A stretch of DNA of 55,980 bases from Prorocentrum cordatum (GCA_963575745.1 CAUYUJ010000119.1:62001-117980), one strand, 5' to 3'. Numbered from the stretch's first letter, positions 38,350-51,227 are shown. The notes: generated by a model not told the origin, from the sequence alone. Program-made: numbers and translations.

Positions 38350-39050
38350 TTCAACACGGGAGGCGATGCGAGCGCACAGTCCAGAAAAAAGACGAAGAAG
38401 GAACTGGCCGCCCAGCGCATGTCACAATGGAAGTGGTTGAAAGTGGACGAAATGAGCATGATGAGCGCAAACTTCCTAGCAGAGCTCGACTCGCACTTGC
38501 GTTCGTGCATGTCAGCTGCAAGCGACACAAAGGTATACGGACACGGAGTGGATAGGCCCTTCGGGGGCTTGAATGTGTTATTGTGCGGGGGATTCTACCA
38601 ATTGGAGCCGCCGTCGGGGACAGCCATTCATGCACTGCCCACGTCGTATCTGCAAAAACGCGAGGAAGTACGCGCTAGGTGCCACGGATGACCTCGGGCA
38701 GCATATCTTGTGGGGTGCAGGAGGCGTAGGGGCGGTTCAGGGAATGACGGAGTGAACGGACTGCAAGCGCGTGGAAGACCAGGGCGAGTGGTTTCTTGGA
38801 GTGCAGGACGCGTTTCGCTGAGGAGAGCTGAGTGAACGCTCGCACAATTTGTTGCATGGCGGACCGGCGGATGTTCCGGGGTCGTGGGTGAACGGTGCAA
38901 CGTTGCGCGGGAACGCGCGTTGTGTAAAAGACGCCGAGGCCATTGCGAAGCAAAACGGGCTTGGGTGGGAGAAATGCAGAGTGGAGCGAGAGAAAAAACT
39001 CGTCGCGACGTCGCCAGAAGACGCGCGATTTCGGGAATAACAATTTCTTG
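38350..39050 (+). pseudogene. PIF1-family (SF1B) helicase fragment, probably Helitron-derived
   Basis: WLKVDEMSMMS (motif II), RPFGGLNVLLCGGFYQLEPP (motif III; GD is GG here), TE*TDCKRV (motif IV region). Frameshifts and stops; Walker A absent. Confidence 0.8.
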
Positions 39051-39596
39051 AAGCCGTCTCGATTTTTGCAAATCAAGACGCTCGCTGCCACGTCGGGGAG
39101 CTCTGAGGCCTGCGAAGCCTTCGGAGCCTCCGATGGAGTTTCCCATCGCAGAATTTCTTTTGATGTGGCTAGCTTGCGAACGAGTGCCAGTGGATGGTGT
39201 CTGGCAGAAGCAGGCGGACGTGAAATGTTGGCGGCTACGCCTGCGGAAGCCGGCGGAGGTAAAGCAAGTCGCCCCTGAGAGGTAAGATACTCAGGTAGAC
39301 CATTTTGTATTTGGCCGCCTAGCTCCTGTAGGCCATCTCGGCCCTCCTGAGCAGGTCCTCTAACGAGGCCTGCGTTCACAATGCTACGGAGGAACCTAGA
39401 TGCTCTACTGGCTAATCTTCTGGCTTGGCTGGGTCGGAGTCGTTCCCAACTGTCTTTGTCCTTTGTCCTTTGTCCTTCATTTATTTTCCTTATTCCCCAA
39501 TCAGAACTTGCCTCTGTATGGGGTCCTAGCGGATTCATATGTTTAGGTGGGCTGTGCCGCCGATTTCTGTGGCCAGGCCGGGCGCCCGGGTGCCCG

Positions 39597-39897
39597 GTAG
39601 CCCTATAGCCCTATAGCCGTTTAGCCCTATAGCCATATCTTCTTATAACACGATCGCCCTGTAGCCCTAAATCCCTACAGCCCTATAGCCCTACCAACCC
39701 TATAGCCCAGTAGCCCTTTAACCCTATAGCCCTATATTTTTCCATTGTGGCCCTAGAACCCGATAGCCCTATATCCTTATAGCCCAATAGTCCTATAGCA
39801 CTGCAGACTTCTAGCCCCGTAGCCCTATAACCCCATAGCTCTACAGCCCTATAGCCCCATAGCCCAATAGCCCTATAGCCTCATTTCCCTATAGCCG
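39597..39897. repeat. (TATAGCCC)n 8-bp satellite
   Basis: Direct reading. Confidence 0.9.
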
Positions 39898-40074
39898 TAA
39901 AACAATTTGATTGTGTTTGTCAGGTATCATACATGACTTCTCCCTGTCGCACCCCGAGGCCAGTTTTGAGGGCGGGCCGGGTGTTTTGCATGAGACTTCC
40001 TCACCACCTACGACCCTGAAGTTTAAAAATTGGCAACAGTTTCACACATGGATGGCGGGTCGTTTTCAAGATGG

Positions 40075-40292
40075 CCGTAGCGCCGCGCAAATTCAAAATT
40101 TTTGCAAGGGGAGCCTCACGGATTGAGGGCGCCCCGTTTTTTTAATGTGGTTCTCGCCTTAGCGCCGCGTGCATTCGCTCCAAACAAAGTGCAAAAGCTT
40201 CATGGATTGAGGACGTTTCCTTTTCAAACTGTGGCTCTCGCCTTGTCGCCGCGCACGTTCGGTTTTAACACTTGCAAGAGTTTCACGGATTT
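40075..40292. repeat. ~83-bp diverged tandem repeat (2-3 units)
   Basis: CA(C/T)GGATT at ~40117, 40201 and ~40284; GTGG(T/C)TCTCGCCTT in two units. Confidence 0.65.
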
Positions 40293-40829
40293 CCGTGATC
40301 AGCGTGCCAGAGATGGTGTTGTGGAAAGATTCAGGAATATAGGGGTGCAACCGTTACGTTGGTTCGCGGTGTTGAAGTCCCATGAATGGCGTTCGGGCGC
40401 GATTCAGGATCGTCAAGACGCAACAGTCATGTTTATCCGTGGCGTTGGAATACCGAAAACATTGTTTTGGCATGCTCCAGGGTCTTCAAACGGTTGTCAT
40501 CCAACGAGGCACTTCCCTCAGTGGACATGAGCCGTTGTGGGGGCCTATGAGGAGGGAGCTTGGAGGGAAGGCTTATTCCATCCAACATCGTTGATGACTC
40601 TTGGGTTTCAACTGGTCCTCCTTCTCCTCCTACCCCCTCACGAGTAGTGCGGGAGCTCGTCGCAGGCCTTCGTTGGTGCACTCTGCGAGCACCCAAGCGG
40701 ATGATCGCGGACGGGTCTTTCCTGGCGACGTTCGGTCCCTTCTCCCTCCTACTTCAACTCTTTCGCTCCCCCCTCCTTCTCCTTCTGAAGCCCCTGCCCA
40801 CTGAACGGTTTTTGACTGATCGTGCGCTC

Positions 40830-42086
40830 GCCTCCTCCTCCTCCTGCTCCTCCTCCTCCTCCTCTTCCTCCTCCTCCTCCTCCTCCACCCCGTCCTCCTC
40901 CTCGCTCGCTCGCAGTCGGCCGGAGTGTCGAACAGATGCGGCCTTTTTTTTCTTCCTCCTCCTCCTCGCGACAACGTCGCTGACTGCTGCCTGCGTCTTC
41001 CTTTTTTCCTTGCTCTTCCTCTCCCAACTCCATATTTTCCCCCTCCCTCTCCTTCTCCTCTTCCTCCTCCTCCTCCTCTTTCCCCCTCCTCTCCTCCTCT
41101 CCTCCTCCTCCTCCTCTCTTCCCCCTTCTCCTCCTCCTCCTATCTTCCTCCTCCTTTTCTCCTCCTCCTCCCTCCCCTCCTCCTCCTCTCCTCCTCCTCC
41201 TCCTCCTCCTCCTCCCCCTCCCTCCTCCTTCTACTCCCTCCTCCGTTTCTTCTCCTCCTTCCTCCTTTTTCCTCCTCCTCCTCCTCCTCCTCCTTTTCCT
41301 CCTCCCCCTCCTCTCTGGGGCCAGTTTTTCGTGCCGCACCGTTTTTGGTCGCGCCCCGTGGCCAGAAGATCGTCCCCTTTTGTAGGCAGGAATGGACGAG
41401 CACCGGCGGCGCGCGCAAGTTCTGTTGTTTTTCCGTTGGGGGGCGTGTGCCGGACGGGGCCCTCTCGGACGCTCCCAGAGCGTTCCGGAGCGCTCCGGGA
41501 AGGCCGCGGCGCCCGAGTCACCCTCCTGAGCCGCGGGGTCTCAGAGATTCTCGCGATCTATCCTCACCCGACTTTGTGCTCGTCCTGGCTTCGTCTTATC
41601 CTCACGAGGACACGAGGTGGGGTTCTTCTTCCTCCCTGGCGGCCCCGAGGAGGAGGAGGAGGAGGAGGAGGAGGACCGGAGGAAGAGGATGAGGAGAGAG
41701 GAGGAGAGGAGGACGAGGAGGATGAGGAGAGGAGGAGGGAGGAGGGAGAGCAGGAGGAGGAGGAGGAGGCCGAGGAGGAGGAGGAGGAGAAGAGGGAGGA
41801 GGAGGAGGAGGAGGAGGAGGAGGACGAGGTCGTCCTCGTCCTGGCTTCGCCTCGGTGGCGCGCCGCCCCGCGGGCGGCTGCAGGCGGCCGCCGCCGCCGG
41901 CGCGGGCGCCGGGCGGCTCGCGGCCCCGCGGCCCATGGGCGCGGGCTCCCCCAGCGTGTCGCCGGCTTCGAGCGTCGCCGCCCTCGCCGCCGCCGCGGGC
42001 GACGAGGGAGGCGCCCTGGGCCTCCGCGGCGCCACCGCCCGCCGGCGTCGCTTCCGCCGCCCGCCGCCCGCCGCCTCGTCGTCGTC

Positions 42087-42139
<53 letters not shown>

Positions 42140-42272
42140 TCTCGTCGTCGCGCTTGTCGTCGTCGTCGCTCTCGTCGTCGTCGTCGTCGTCGGTCGTTGC
42201 GGCGGCGGCAGCGTCGGCATCGCTTCCGTCGCCGCCGCCGCCGTCGCCTCGTCGCTCTCGTCGCTCTCGTCG
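40830..42272. repeat. Low-complexity block of (CCT)n, (AGG)n and (GTC)n tracts
   Basis: Direct reading. Confidence 0.9.
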
Positions 42273-42449
42273 TCCCCCGGGTCTGCGACCACTTGCGAAC
42301 CCTACCCGTATGGGTCCAATCGACGCTGGATTATCGGACACCCCGCTTGGGTGCACTTGACTGCAGACGTCCTTCAATTTTTGAACCCGGCCAGTTCAGA
42401 AATCTGACCTGTAGGGTTGCAGGGTCCACGCGTGGTTGCCTACTGCATA

Positions 42450-42614
42450 CTTCAAGAGGAAAAGAAACACACAGACACAATTAATCCTCGATTCCCAGGA
42501 AAATATGGGAAAATATGGGAAGTGGGGGGGAAGACAAAAACCCAGAAAATATGGAAAAATATGGGGAATCCTTTTATTTGTGTGTATTTATTTGTGTGTC
42601 CAAGGGCCCCTTCA
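42450..42614. repeat. ~165-bp dispersed repeat, copy 2
   Basis: Matches 10699-10864. Confidence 0.85.
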
Positions 42615-43435
42615 ATACTGAGATCCTGGCGTTGCAATTTCGCTCAGATTCGAGCCCTGGGACCCTCACAGATCGATTCGGCTTGAAACTGATGCAGCAC
42701 GAGGGGGTCTGAGGCCCCAGTCATGAATTTGTGCGATGTGTTTTTCGGCATTATTGGATCTGAGGGTGGTCGTCGGCGTCGTCGTCGTCGTCTTCAGCGT
42801 CAGCAGTGTCCGCGTCGCATCCGTCGCCGCCGCCTCCGCCGTTGCCTTTTCGCTCTCGTCGCTCTCGTCGCTCTCGTCGTCGTCGCCGTCGTTGTTTTTG
42901 TTGTCGTTGTCGTCTTCCTCGTCGTCCTCGTCGTCGTCGTCGTTCTCCTTTCATCCTTCTGGCGACCTTCCTGGGGCCTGCCTGACGGACGTGTTTGATT
43001 TTGGTTTGACTCCAGTTCGATTCTGGTCCGCCTCGACTCGACGGACGTTCGACACAGCATCGACGCACGAGCTGAGCGAGTGGCTCCAGGAAGGTCCCCA
43101 GAACGAGCATCTAGATCTCTGGGGCCCGCAGCGTCCGAGAGGGCACAGCCGCAGACGCCTCATCGCGCACACGGGCGGAAGCGCTTCGACCAGTCGTGCC
43201 TACAAAGTTCAGCGGTCCTACGGCGACACGGCCCAACGTCATGGGGTCGAAAGCGCCGGGGTAGAACAGGCGGTGCACGACAACGGCCCACACATTGTTC
43301 ATGTCCAATTCTTCGAAAGTTCTTGGATTTTTTTGGGGGGCCAAGGTCCGTTCAGTCCTGATTGTTCTGTCCTGGGCCTTTTCCTGGCCACCAGGGGGCC
43401 AGGAACAATGAGGGACGAGCACGATTAGACATGAG

Positions 43436-43577
43436 CGAAGGATTGCAAAAAAAACCCTGGGTTTTTTTGCAATCCTTCGGGTTTTTTTGCAATCCTTCGG
43501 TTTTTTTTGCAATCCTTTGGGTTTTTTTGCAATCCTTGGGTTTTTTTGCAATCCTTCGGTTTTTTTGCAATCCTTCG
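43436..43577. repeat. ~20-bp unit GGGTTTTTTTGCAATCCTTC x6, preceded by one inverted copy
   Basis: CGAAGGATTGCAAAAAAAACCC-T-GGGTTTTTTTGCAATCCTTCG palindrome followed by tandem units. Confidence 0.9.
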
Positions 43578-44789
43578 ATTGGAAACGAACGACGTGTAGA
43601 CCTTGGAGGCAGAGCGAGCGTCTGGTCCTCCGCCTCGTCGGCGTGGGCCTTGTCGCCCGACGGCGGCGGCGGCGACGGAGAGCGCGCCGCCGCCGCGAGG
43701 AGAAGGGCAGGCCGGCAACGAATTCTGCGTAAGAGCAATAAGGAGGAGGAGGAGGAGGAGGAGGAGGAGGAGGAGGAGGAGGAGGAGGAGGAGGAGGAGG
43801 AGGAGGAGGAGGAGGGAACCTCGTCTCATCAATCGTACTACTACGATTGGTGTCAGTAGTAAGAAGATCAAGAACACCTAGTGCTAGTACTACTACTGCT
43901 ATGGATAAGCAACGAATGGTAGATATGATTCTTTATACTACGACGAGCAATATCAGCAATATTGCTAATACGAGTGTCAACAGACATCGCACTAGTCATA
44001 TTTTCCGTACTAATATCAATGATAATAATAATAACACGAATAACAACATTACTAAGACTACGAGTGATAAGAAACATCGCAGAAACATCACATGATGATA
44101 ATGCGAAAGCTACTCGTAATAAAAAGACACGACATCAGCACCAACACATCTAGTGGCCTGCGGCCCATTCCGCCACCTTGCAGTGCCTTGGTTGTTGGCC
44201 AGTGGCCTCCTGGTTGCCCGTGGCAATCTCCTGGGAGGCGTCGCGGAAGTCTCGTGGAGGCAGCTTGAAATTCCGAAGCCGTGTTTCCTTCGGGGGTGAA
44301 GCGTCGACCCCCAGAGGTCTGAACATCCCCGAAGGCAGGATGTCTTCTGACGGTCCTGGGTCCCAGCGAGGGGCCCCCCAGAGGCCGAACACTGCCTAAA
44401 CCTTTCCGCCGGGAAAATACGACGGGTACCAGGAACCTTTGAGCACCAACCGGGAGGTGGGGGGACGCCAATTTGGAGAACCTCGCGAAGGCTCTGGAAA
44501 GCTGGGCCTCCCACAATGGGATCCGAGCAGAGGGTGTCGGAGGATGGCGCCGCGATCTTGTCGGCGCCGATGCATCGCCGAGGCATCGCCGATGCATCGG
44601 CGGTGCGGCGCGATCCTCCGACGCCGTGTGCTCGGACCTCGCTTGGGAAGCCTCTGGGCAGACCTCCAGGAGCCGACGATTTTTTTCCGCGCCCCATCGC
44701 GGGCGCGCGCCGCTCTGTGTGTCGCGTGCCCGCCTCGCCGGCGCCCGACAACGCGAGCCGCGGAGCCCCTGGGGGCCCGCCCTCCGTCG

Positions 44790-45344
44790 GCGTTGTGGTC
44801 GTGGTCGCTCTCGTGCTCGTGGTCGCCCTCGCGGGCGCGGTCGCGGTCGCTGGCGCGGTCGCGGCCGTCGGCGTGGCCGTGAGCGTCTTCGTGCTCGTGC
44901 TCGTGGTCGTCTTCGTGGTCGTCTTCTCGTGCTCGGGGCCGTCATCGTGGTCGCCTCGCCGTGCTCGTGGCCGCCTCCGTGGTCGCCTCGCCGTGCCCGT
45001 GCTCGTGGTCGCCGGCGTGGTCCCAGCCGCCCTCGTGGCGTGGTCGTCTGCGTGGCCGTGGTGCTCTGCGGGCCTCCGCCGCCCGCGCCCCTCGCAGGCC
45101 CCGCGGCGCCGCGGCCGGCGCGGCGGAGCAGCGCCGATGCCGCCGCAGCGGAGGGCGGGCGCGCCTCGGGGCCGCGCAGCGCGGCGCTGGACCGCCCGCC
45201 GCCGCCGCGGCGGTCGTCGTGGCGGTCGCCGTCGTCGCCGCCGCAGTGGCGGCCGCCGCCGCCGTCGTCGTCGTGGGCGTGGTCGTGGTCGGGGTCGTGG
45301 TCGGGGTCGTGGTGGTCGTAGTAGTAGTAGTAGTAGTAGTAGTA

Positions 45345-45407
<63 letters not shown>

Positions 45408-45559
45408 TTCGTCGTCGTCGTCGTCAGTCCGGCGTCGTCGTCCGTCGTCGTCGTCCGTCCGTCGTCGTCGTCGTCGTCGTCGTCGGCCGCTTCCGTCGGC
45501 TCGGAGTCGCCGTCGGCGTCGCGTCGGCGTCGCGTCCGGCGTCGGCGTCGGCGGCGCGT

Positions 45560-45626
<67 letters not shown>

Positions 45627-46028
45627 GCGTCGGCGTCGCGTCGGCGTCGGCGTCGGCCATCTCATGTCGTCGTGGTTCCGTACGTTTTCCAGTTGCGCGG
45701 CGTTTTTCTTCTTCGTCCAACGTTCGTCGCCGGAGAAGGCATATGCTGATAATGAAGATGCGTGGGAAGGAGGAGGGGAGGTGGGAGGAGGAGGAGGAGG
45801 AGAGGAGGAGGAGGGGAAGAAGGAGGAGGAATGGGCGGAAGGCGAAGGCGAGGCGGAGGGGAGGAGGAGAAGGAGGAGGACGGCGAAGGCGGTAGGGAGG
45901 ATGAGGAAAGAGGAGGAGGAGGAGGCGTAGGGGAGCAGGAGGAGGAGGAGGAGGAGGAAGTGACGGAGGAGGAGGAGGAGGAGGAGGAGGAGCAGGAGGA
46001 GGAGGAGGAGGAGGAGGAGGCGGAGGAG
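44790..46028. repeat. Low-complexity block of (GTC/GTG)n, (GTA)n, (GGCGTC)n and (AGG)n
   Basis: Direct reading. Confidence 0.9.
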
Positions 46029-48720
46029 TTTTTTTTTAACATCCGCAGAGCTACCCACATACACCCCTGGGGTTGGGTGAGTCCCCCAGGGGAAAAGCTG
46101 AGAGCGAGCCAGCAGTGAACGCAACTGAGCAACAGCTCCGAAAAATAATCAATAACACTCGCTGCTCCAGCAGCTGTGTGAAACCAGCGGGAGGCGAACG
46201 CACGACACCAGGCTTGCAGCACATCAGCGAGCGAGCACCTCACAAGAGGTCCGCTGTGGGTGCTGACGGGAGGAGCCACTAAAAGTGAAAGAGCATAACA
46301 AGTTCATCAGTCGGAGCCTGATTCCAAAAAAGATGCACACGCCTCCTGCGAGTCGCCCGCAACTTCCTCCAAACGAAGGGCTGTCACAACACGGCGAGTC
46401 GCCCAAACAGGATCATAATCGCTACAAGCATCGGCCTCAGCCAGCCCGTGGTCAAGGCCGGGAGCGACGCTCGGCAGGACCACGGTCTCCACAATGCGGA
46501 GGTCACTCCTGCGCGGGTGCTTACCTTCGAACACTTTGTTTCTAACCGTATTGCCGTGCCTGCCAATAGGGGTGGCGCATCGTCTGGCGAAGTTGCTTTT
46601 CGCGAAAGCTCCCTGATGGAGGAAGGCACCACACCTCAGGCACAAGAAGCAATCCGTGCCGTCAGAAACGTGAAACAGAGCTGGACTGTGGCCCAAGGCC
46701 TCAGCAGCATCCATATCATGTTGGTTCGGCCCAGGGCACCTGCCGGGAGGAGGCTTCGACACAGACCTAGATCCTAGCCGGCACACCGAGCAACGCCACA
46801 TGCTGCCGTGACCATGCCAATCGTGAGAACAAAAGTCGAGCGGCTCCGACTGCACTCGGGCCGCTGGCTGGAAAGCAACACCATCCAGCTTGAGGCGAGG
46901 CCCGAGGGACAATAGCTTCGCAGCCAGACGATAAACAGCACGCGCTACAGCAATGGTGGCATCCAGCGATTCATGCTCATCCGTGGACGCACGGGGGTGG
47001 GTCAGGGCACCAAGCTGGGCGGCAGTGTCGGCACATCCGTTACCTTTACGCCTCCACGACTCGCCCTCTTCGATCCCCTCTTCGTGAGGGTCTAGGTGCG
47101 CACGCACCTTGGTTAAGCTGGCAATGTCAGAGCAGGCGTTGATATACTGAAACTGACCTGCATATTTACGGGGGTACGATAGCCGTTCACCGCGGGGCAA
47201 CTGGAAATGCTTGCACACTGCCAGGCATTCAGAATACAGATCTCTCGCACCGCCCAGCTGCAGATAGGCCTGCCCGAGCGCAGTGAACTCAGCGGCGGGA
47301 GCCGTCTGGGGCAGCGGCGCGTGCACAGGTCCATAGATCGTGCATAGAGGCGCGCCATGCACATCTACTCAAACAATTCCCCAACCAGCCCTCGAAAGTT
47401 CTTTTGGATCGGGTGCCATAAAACAACTACCGTCAATAAAAACCGCTCCGTGGATCAAGCCCGCAGCGAAATCGACCCCCTCGGAAACGTTCTCGGCCCC
47501 GCCAGAGGCCAGCAGATCCGGCCAAGACCCCTCAGGGTGAGCGAACAACCCCCGAGTGAACAGGATCATGTCACTATCAGACAAGACGCCATTCGCTCGA
47601 TCAAGGGCCGAGGCGGTGACCAGAGGTTCGCGTTCTTCGGTAACCGCTTCGCATTGCCAAAGCCTATGGAGAACTGTGTCGGGGGCCTTCTTGCACAGAG
47701 GGCACAACCTCTGCTCGTCCGAAAGCTGGTACCCCAGGGAGAAAGCGCGCTCAGCCGTTCAGCAGCCTCCACAAACCAGATTCCTGATCGTACCCGCCTC
47801 CAGAGGCGTGTATTTCTTCTTGCGGGTTTCTGCTTTGGCGACGTCGAAGCATACGCGAGACCAGCCTACCTGGAGCTTATCAGCAGCTTGGCACTCGAGC
47901 TGACGAGCTGCAGCACGACGCAATACATCCTTGAGCAGGGCCGGGCTGATAAAGGTCAACATGATTTCCACCCCCTTGTGGTCGACGAGGGTCACGAAGT
48001 TCTTCATAGACCATCCCAGCCTGCACACCGACATGTGCAGCGCACTGATGGGCCCCGAAACTTGCCTCCAGGATTTCGGGACCGGCCCCTCGAACACACG
48101 CGACCACATCCGGTTCAGTTCCGGGAGACCGATGGAGTAAAGAAATGTGTGGCACTGAGCTGCCCAAACCTCCTTCGCCCACCGAACAATAGGAGCAACC
48201 ATGCCATACCAGCACGGCACGTCGTCGAAGATGAGCGCGGCGGTGAGTGAGCGTCCGCCGGCCTGCGTGCACAAGGATTTTGGGACAACTCAAAGTTGCT
48301 GATGCCAAGAGCCTCCGCACCGTAGCACAATCCGGGCAGCGGGCCACTCACGAGAAGCTTCCTGGCCTGACGACCCAGGATGTGCTGCTGCTTCTTGATC
48401 TTGGAGACTCGGGCGCTGAGATCTCTGGAGCGCTTCTTGAACTTAGCCCCACGGCCGCGAACACGTCTTGGGCGTCCAGCCGTGTCATCGATGCCTAAGT
48501 TGACCGTCGTGTCCGTGCGACCCGATTGCGCAGACAACCTGTCCAACCACGAAACAAGAGAGCGGCCTAGCCCAGGGTCGCTTGCCACAACTGTTGCCTT
48601 TTCTGGAGCAACCACAGCCTTGATATCATCTGTCACGGCCCGATACACGGCAGCAGAGCCCACCTTGAGGCCCGCGAGCACATCCTGGGCGAGGCCCAGG
48701 CGTCCGTGGGCTGCCGACGG
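46029..48720 (-). mobile_element. 5'-truncated LINE: RT C-terminus, zinc-binding motif, RNase H, Cys-rich tail, 3' UTR and poly(A)
   Basis: NLGIDD and PGLCYGAEALG (RT thumb); CPLCKKAPDTVLHRLWQC; RNase H motifs VFIDGS, QTAPAAEF, LYSEC, KVRAH, GNGCADTAA; CSVC and CLRCG. T9 at 46029-46037 is A9 on the minus strand and abuts an AGG tract. Confidence 0.88.
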
Positions 48721-49540
48721 GGGCCTCTGCCAGAGGACCTCGCCGCACCTCCCCTCGCCCATGCCCTCCCATGCCCGCGTCTGCGATCCGCGGGCCGCGC
48801 CTTCATCTGACTCCTGCGACCTCCTCCACCCTGACCTCGGAGATGCCGTGCTCTGGTCGATTTTCCGGCCTCACGCTGCACTGGAGATGCACCCCGAGCC
48901 ATGCGAGAAAGCAGGGCGGCAGTTTCCGCCTCACACAAAGGTGGGGCGGATACGCCCGCAAAGGTATGGCGGGAACGGCGACGCAAAAAAGGGCGGCAAC
49001 GGCGACGGCAAAGTACAGCGTGCATCGACGTCCGGGGAGCTTGACGTGTCGGGCTGAACTTTCCGCCCTGCTTGCGACGTCGCCCAAAGTACGGCGTGTC
49101 CGGAGTCGGGGCGTCCGTCGCCCTGGTTGTCTGCCGACCCCCCGGGCGTCCGACGCCGTGAGCTTTTCAGCCTGGGGCTCCCTTCGGCGCCTTCCCCCCC
49201 AGGGCAGCTTGCCGTTCCAGCTCCATCTGTCCTGGCCCCGGGGCTGGAGAACGAGGCCTTCCCCGACGGCCGAGGTCGAGGAGCCATGCGGGGACTACAG
49301 TCGGGGCGCTGAGGAAGGAACCTTTTTCGTTGGGGAGGGGCTCGGTGTTCTTTAGTTGTTTTGCAGTTCGCCTTTGGTTTTGCTAAGGGTTTCGATGGGA
49401 AATCGAAGTTTAACTTGTGGGAAAAAGGGGCCTCGTTCCTTATCTAGGGTTCCTTAGGTCAACGCCCCGACTGTAGAACAGCAGTCCGCCGGCATGCCTG
49501 GTCGACGATCCTCAGGACGTGTTGGCCCGATGCGGGTTCA

Positions 49541-49875
49541 CGGCAGGTTCTCGCGGCGATGGCGCGCCGGCGACGCCTGCGAAGGCGCTCAAGGTTGAAC
49601 TCCCCACGATGGAGCGTCGAATCAACTTTGAGCGATCGGGGCTCCGATCGGTTCAAGGTTGAACGATCGACGCAGGGTCAATCGCCGAGCGCGTTCCACT
49701 ACTCGCAGAGTGCCTACTCGCAAACGTTTGAAAAACACGTGTCTGCTTCGATGTTCTTTATCGTAGACCCCCCGCGGCGGATCCAGGCCATTTGCGAGTA
49801 GCTACTTTGCGAGTAGTGGAACGCGCTCGTCCAGTCAAGAACCTTTGCGAGCGCCGACGCCGCACGAACCCATCG
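49541..49875. mobile_element. MITE copy B (family of 10485-10696) containing a nested insertion
   Basis: CA|CGGCAGGTTCTCGCGGCGATGGCGCG...CGCCGACGCCGCACGAACCCATCG|TA; collinear with copy A. Confidence 0.7.
49682..49833. mobile_element. 152-bp MITE with ~40-bp TIRs and 5-bp TSD GTCAA
   Basis: CGAGCGCGTTCCACTACTCGCAGAGTGCCTACTCGCAAA / TTTGCGAGTAGCTACTTTGCGAGTAGTGGAACGCGCTCG. GTCAA at 49677-49681 and 49834-49838. Empty site in the paralog near 10655. Confidence 0.85.
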
Positions 49876-50594
49876 TATCCTGTCCAGGTCTACCAACAGC
49901 GCGCAGTCTTCGCCGGCCTTCGTTGCGCCGCCTGCGTCGTGTTGAAGGGCCTCGGTGGGCAAGCATGCGTTGGCCCTGGCACACGTTCTGAGGGCCATCC
50001 AACCCATAATATCCGACGTTGCGGTTTGCAATTCACGGCCGTAAAGGCGCCGACTCTTCCCCTGGGGTTATTTTTCGTCCCTGATCTATTTCTGATGGTC
50101 CTGGGCCTTGATGCCCAATAGCTGCTTCCAGAAGCCGAAATCCTGGAAAACGCCTTGACTGAGAGCATCAGATCGTAGAAGATCTCGGAATTGGGCTGTA
50201 ACATTTGCCACTATCGAAGAGAGGAGGTCTGGTCTCGAACCTCGATCCTCCTCCCGCCTCGATCTTCGTATATCCTCCCCCCTCCTCCTCATCCTCGTGC
50301 CCTCCTCGAGGAGGAGGAGGAGGAGGAGAATGAGGAGGAGGAGGACCCTAGACCCTAGACCCTCGACGCCATGATGTACTGATAACGTGCCCTCCCCCAA
50401 TATCTCGACCCCGTCCCCAGGGCCATCGTTTCATCCCGAGTCGTTTTTTCACGGTGCCGAGGCCTGGTGCAGGCCCCTGGAGGCCGAAAGCTAGCAAACA
50501 CCGCCCGTCGTGAGCCGTCATGTTTCTGCGACGCGAGGGCGTCTGGGGCTATGACTCTGGTCTTTCCCGAAGGACCCCGCCGCGCCCGCCGACC

Positions 50595-50609
50595 ACCACG
50601 ACGACGACG

Positions 50610-50641
<32 letters not shown>

Positions 50642-50862
50642 CACCACCACCACCACCACCACCACCACCACCACCACCACCACCATCACCATCACCATCG
50701 CCATCGCCATCACCATCACCATCACCATCACCATCACCATCACCATCACCATCACCATCACCATCACCATCACCATCACCATCACCATCATACATCACCA
50801 TCACCATCACCATATAAAAAAAAAAAAAAAACCATCACGACGACACGACGCGAAGCGTCGTC

Positions 50863-50930
<68 letters not shown>

Positions 50931-51179
50931 TACGACGGCAGTGACGACGGCGGCAGCGGCGGCGACGACGGCTAAGACTGTGGCCTCTCCCGAAGGACCC
51001 CGCCGCGCCCGCCGACCGCCATCGCCCGCGCGACCGCGAGCGACCGCCGAGGGAGCAGCAGGAGCCGCGGCCGCTGCAGCCGAGGGCGGGCCTGCCGCGG
51101 GCTTAGGTCGTCGGGCGGTGGGCGTTTTCGATGGAGCCTCGTTGTGGTGGTCGTCGTCGTCGTCGTCGTGATGGTGGTT

Positions 51180-51227
<48 letters not shown>

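Noticed and set aside
39060..39540. Minus-strand 287-aa ORF (38675-39538)
   Set aside because: No recognisable motif, and about half of it is antisense to the PIF1 fragment.
43225..43275. Minus-strand RLFYPGAFDPMTLGR resembling the CoaD/nucleotidyltransferase PGxFDPxTxGH motif
   Set aside because: The key His is Arg and no downstream similarity is visible; probably chance.
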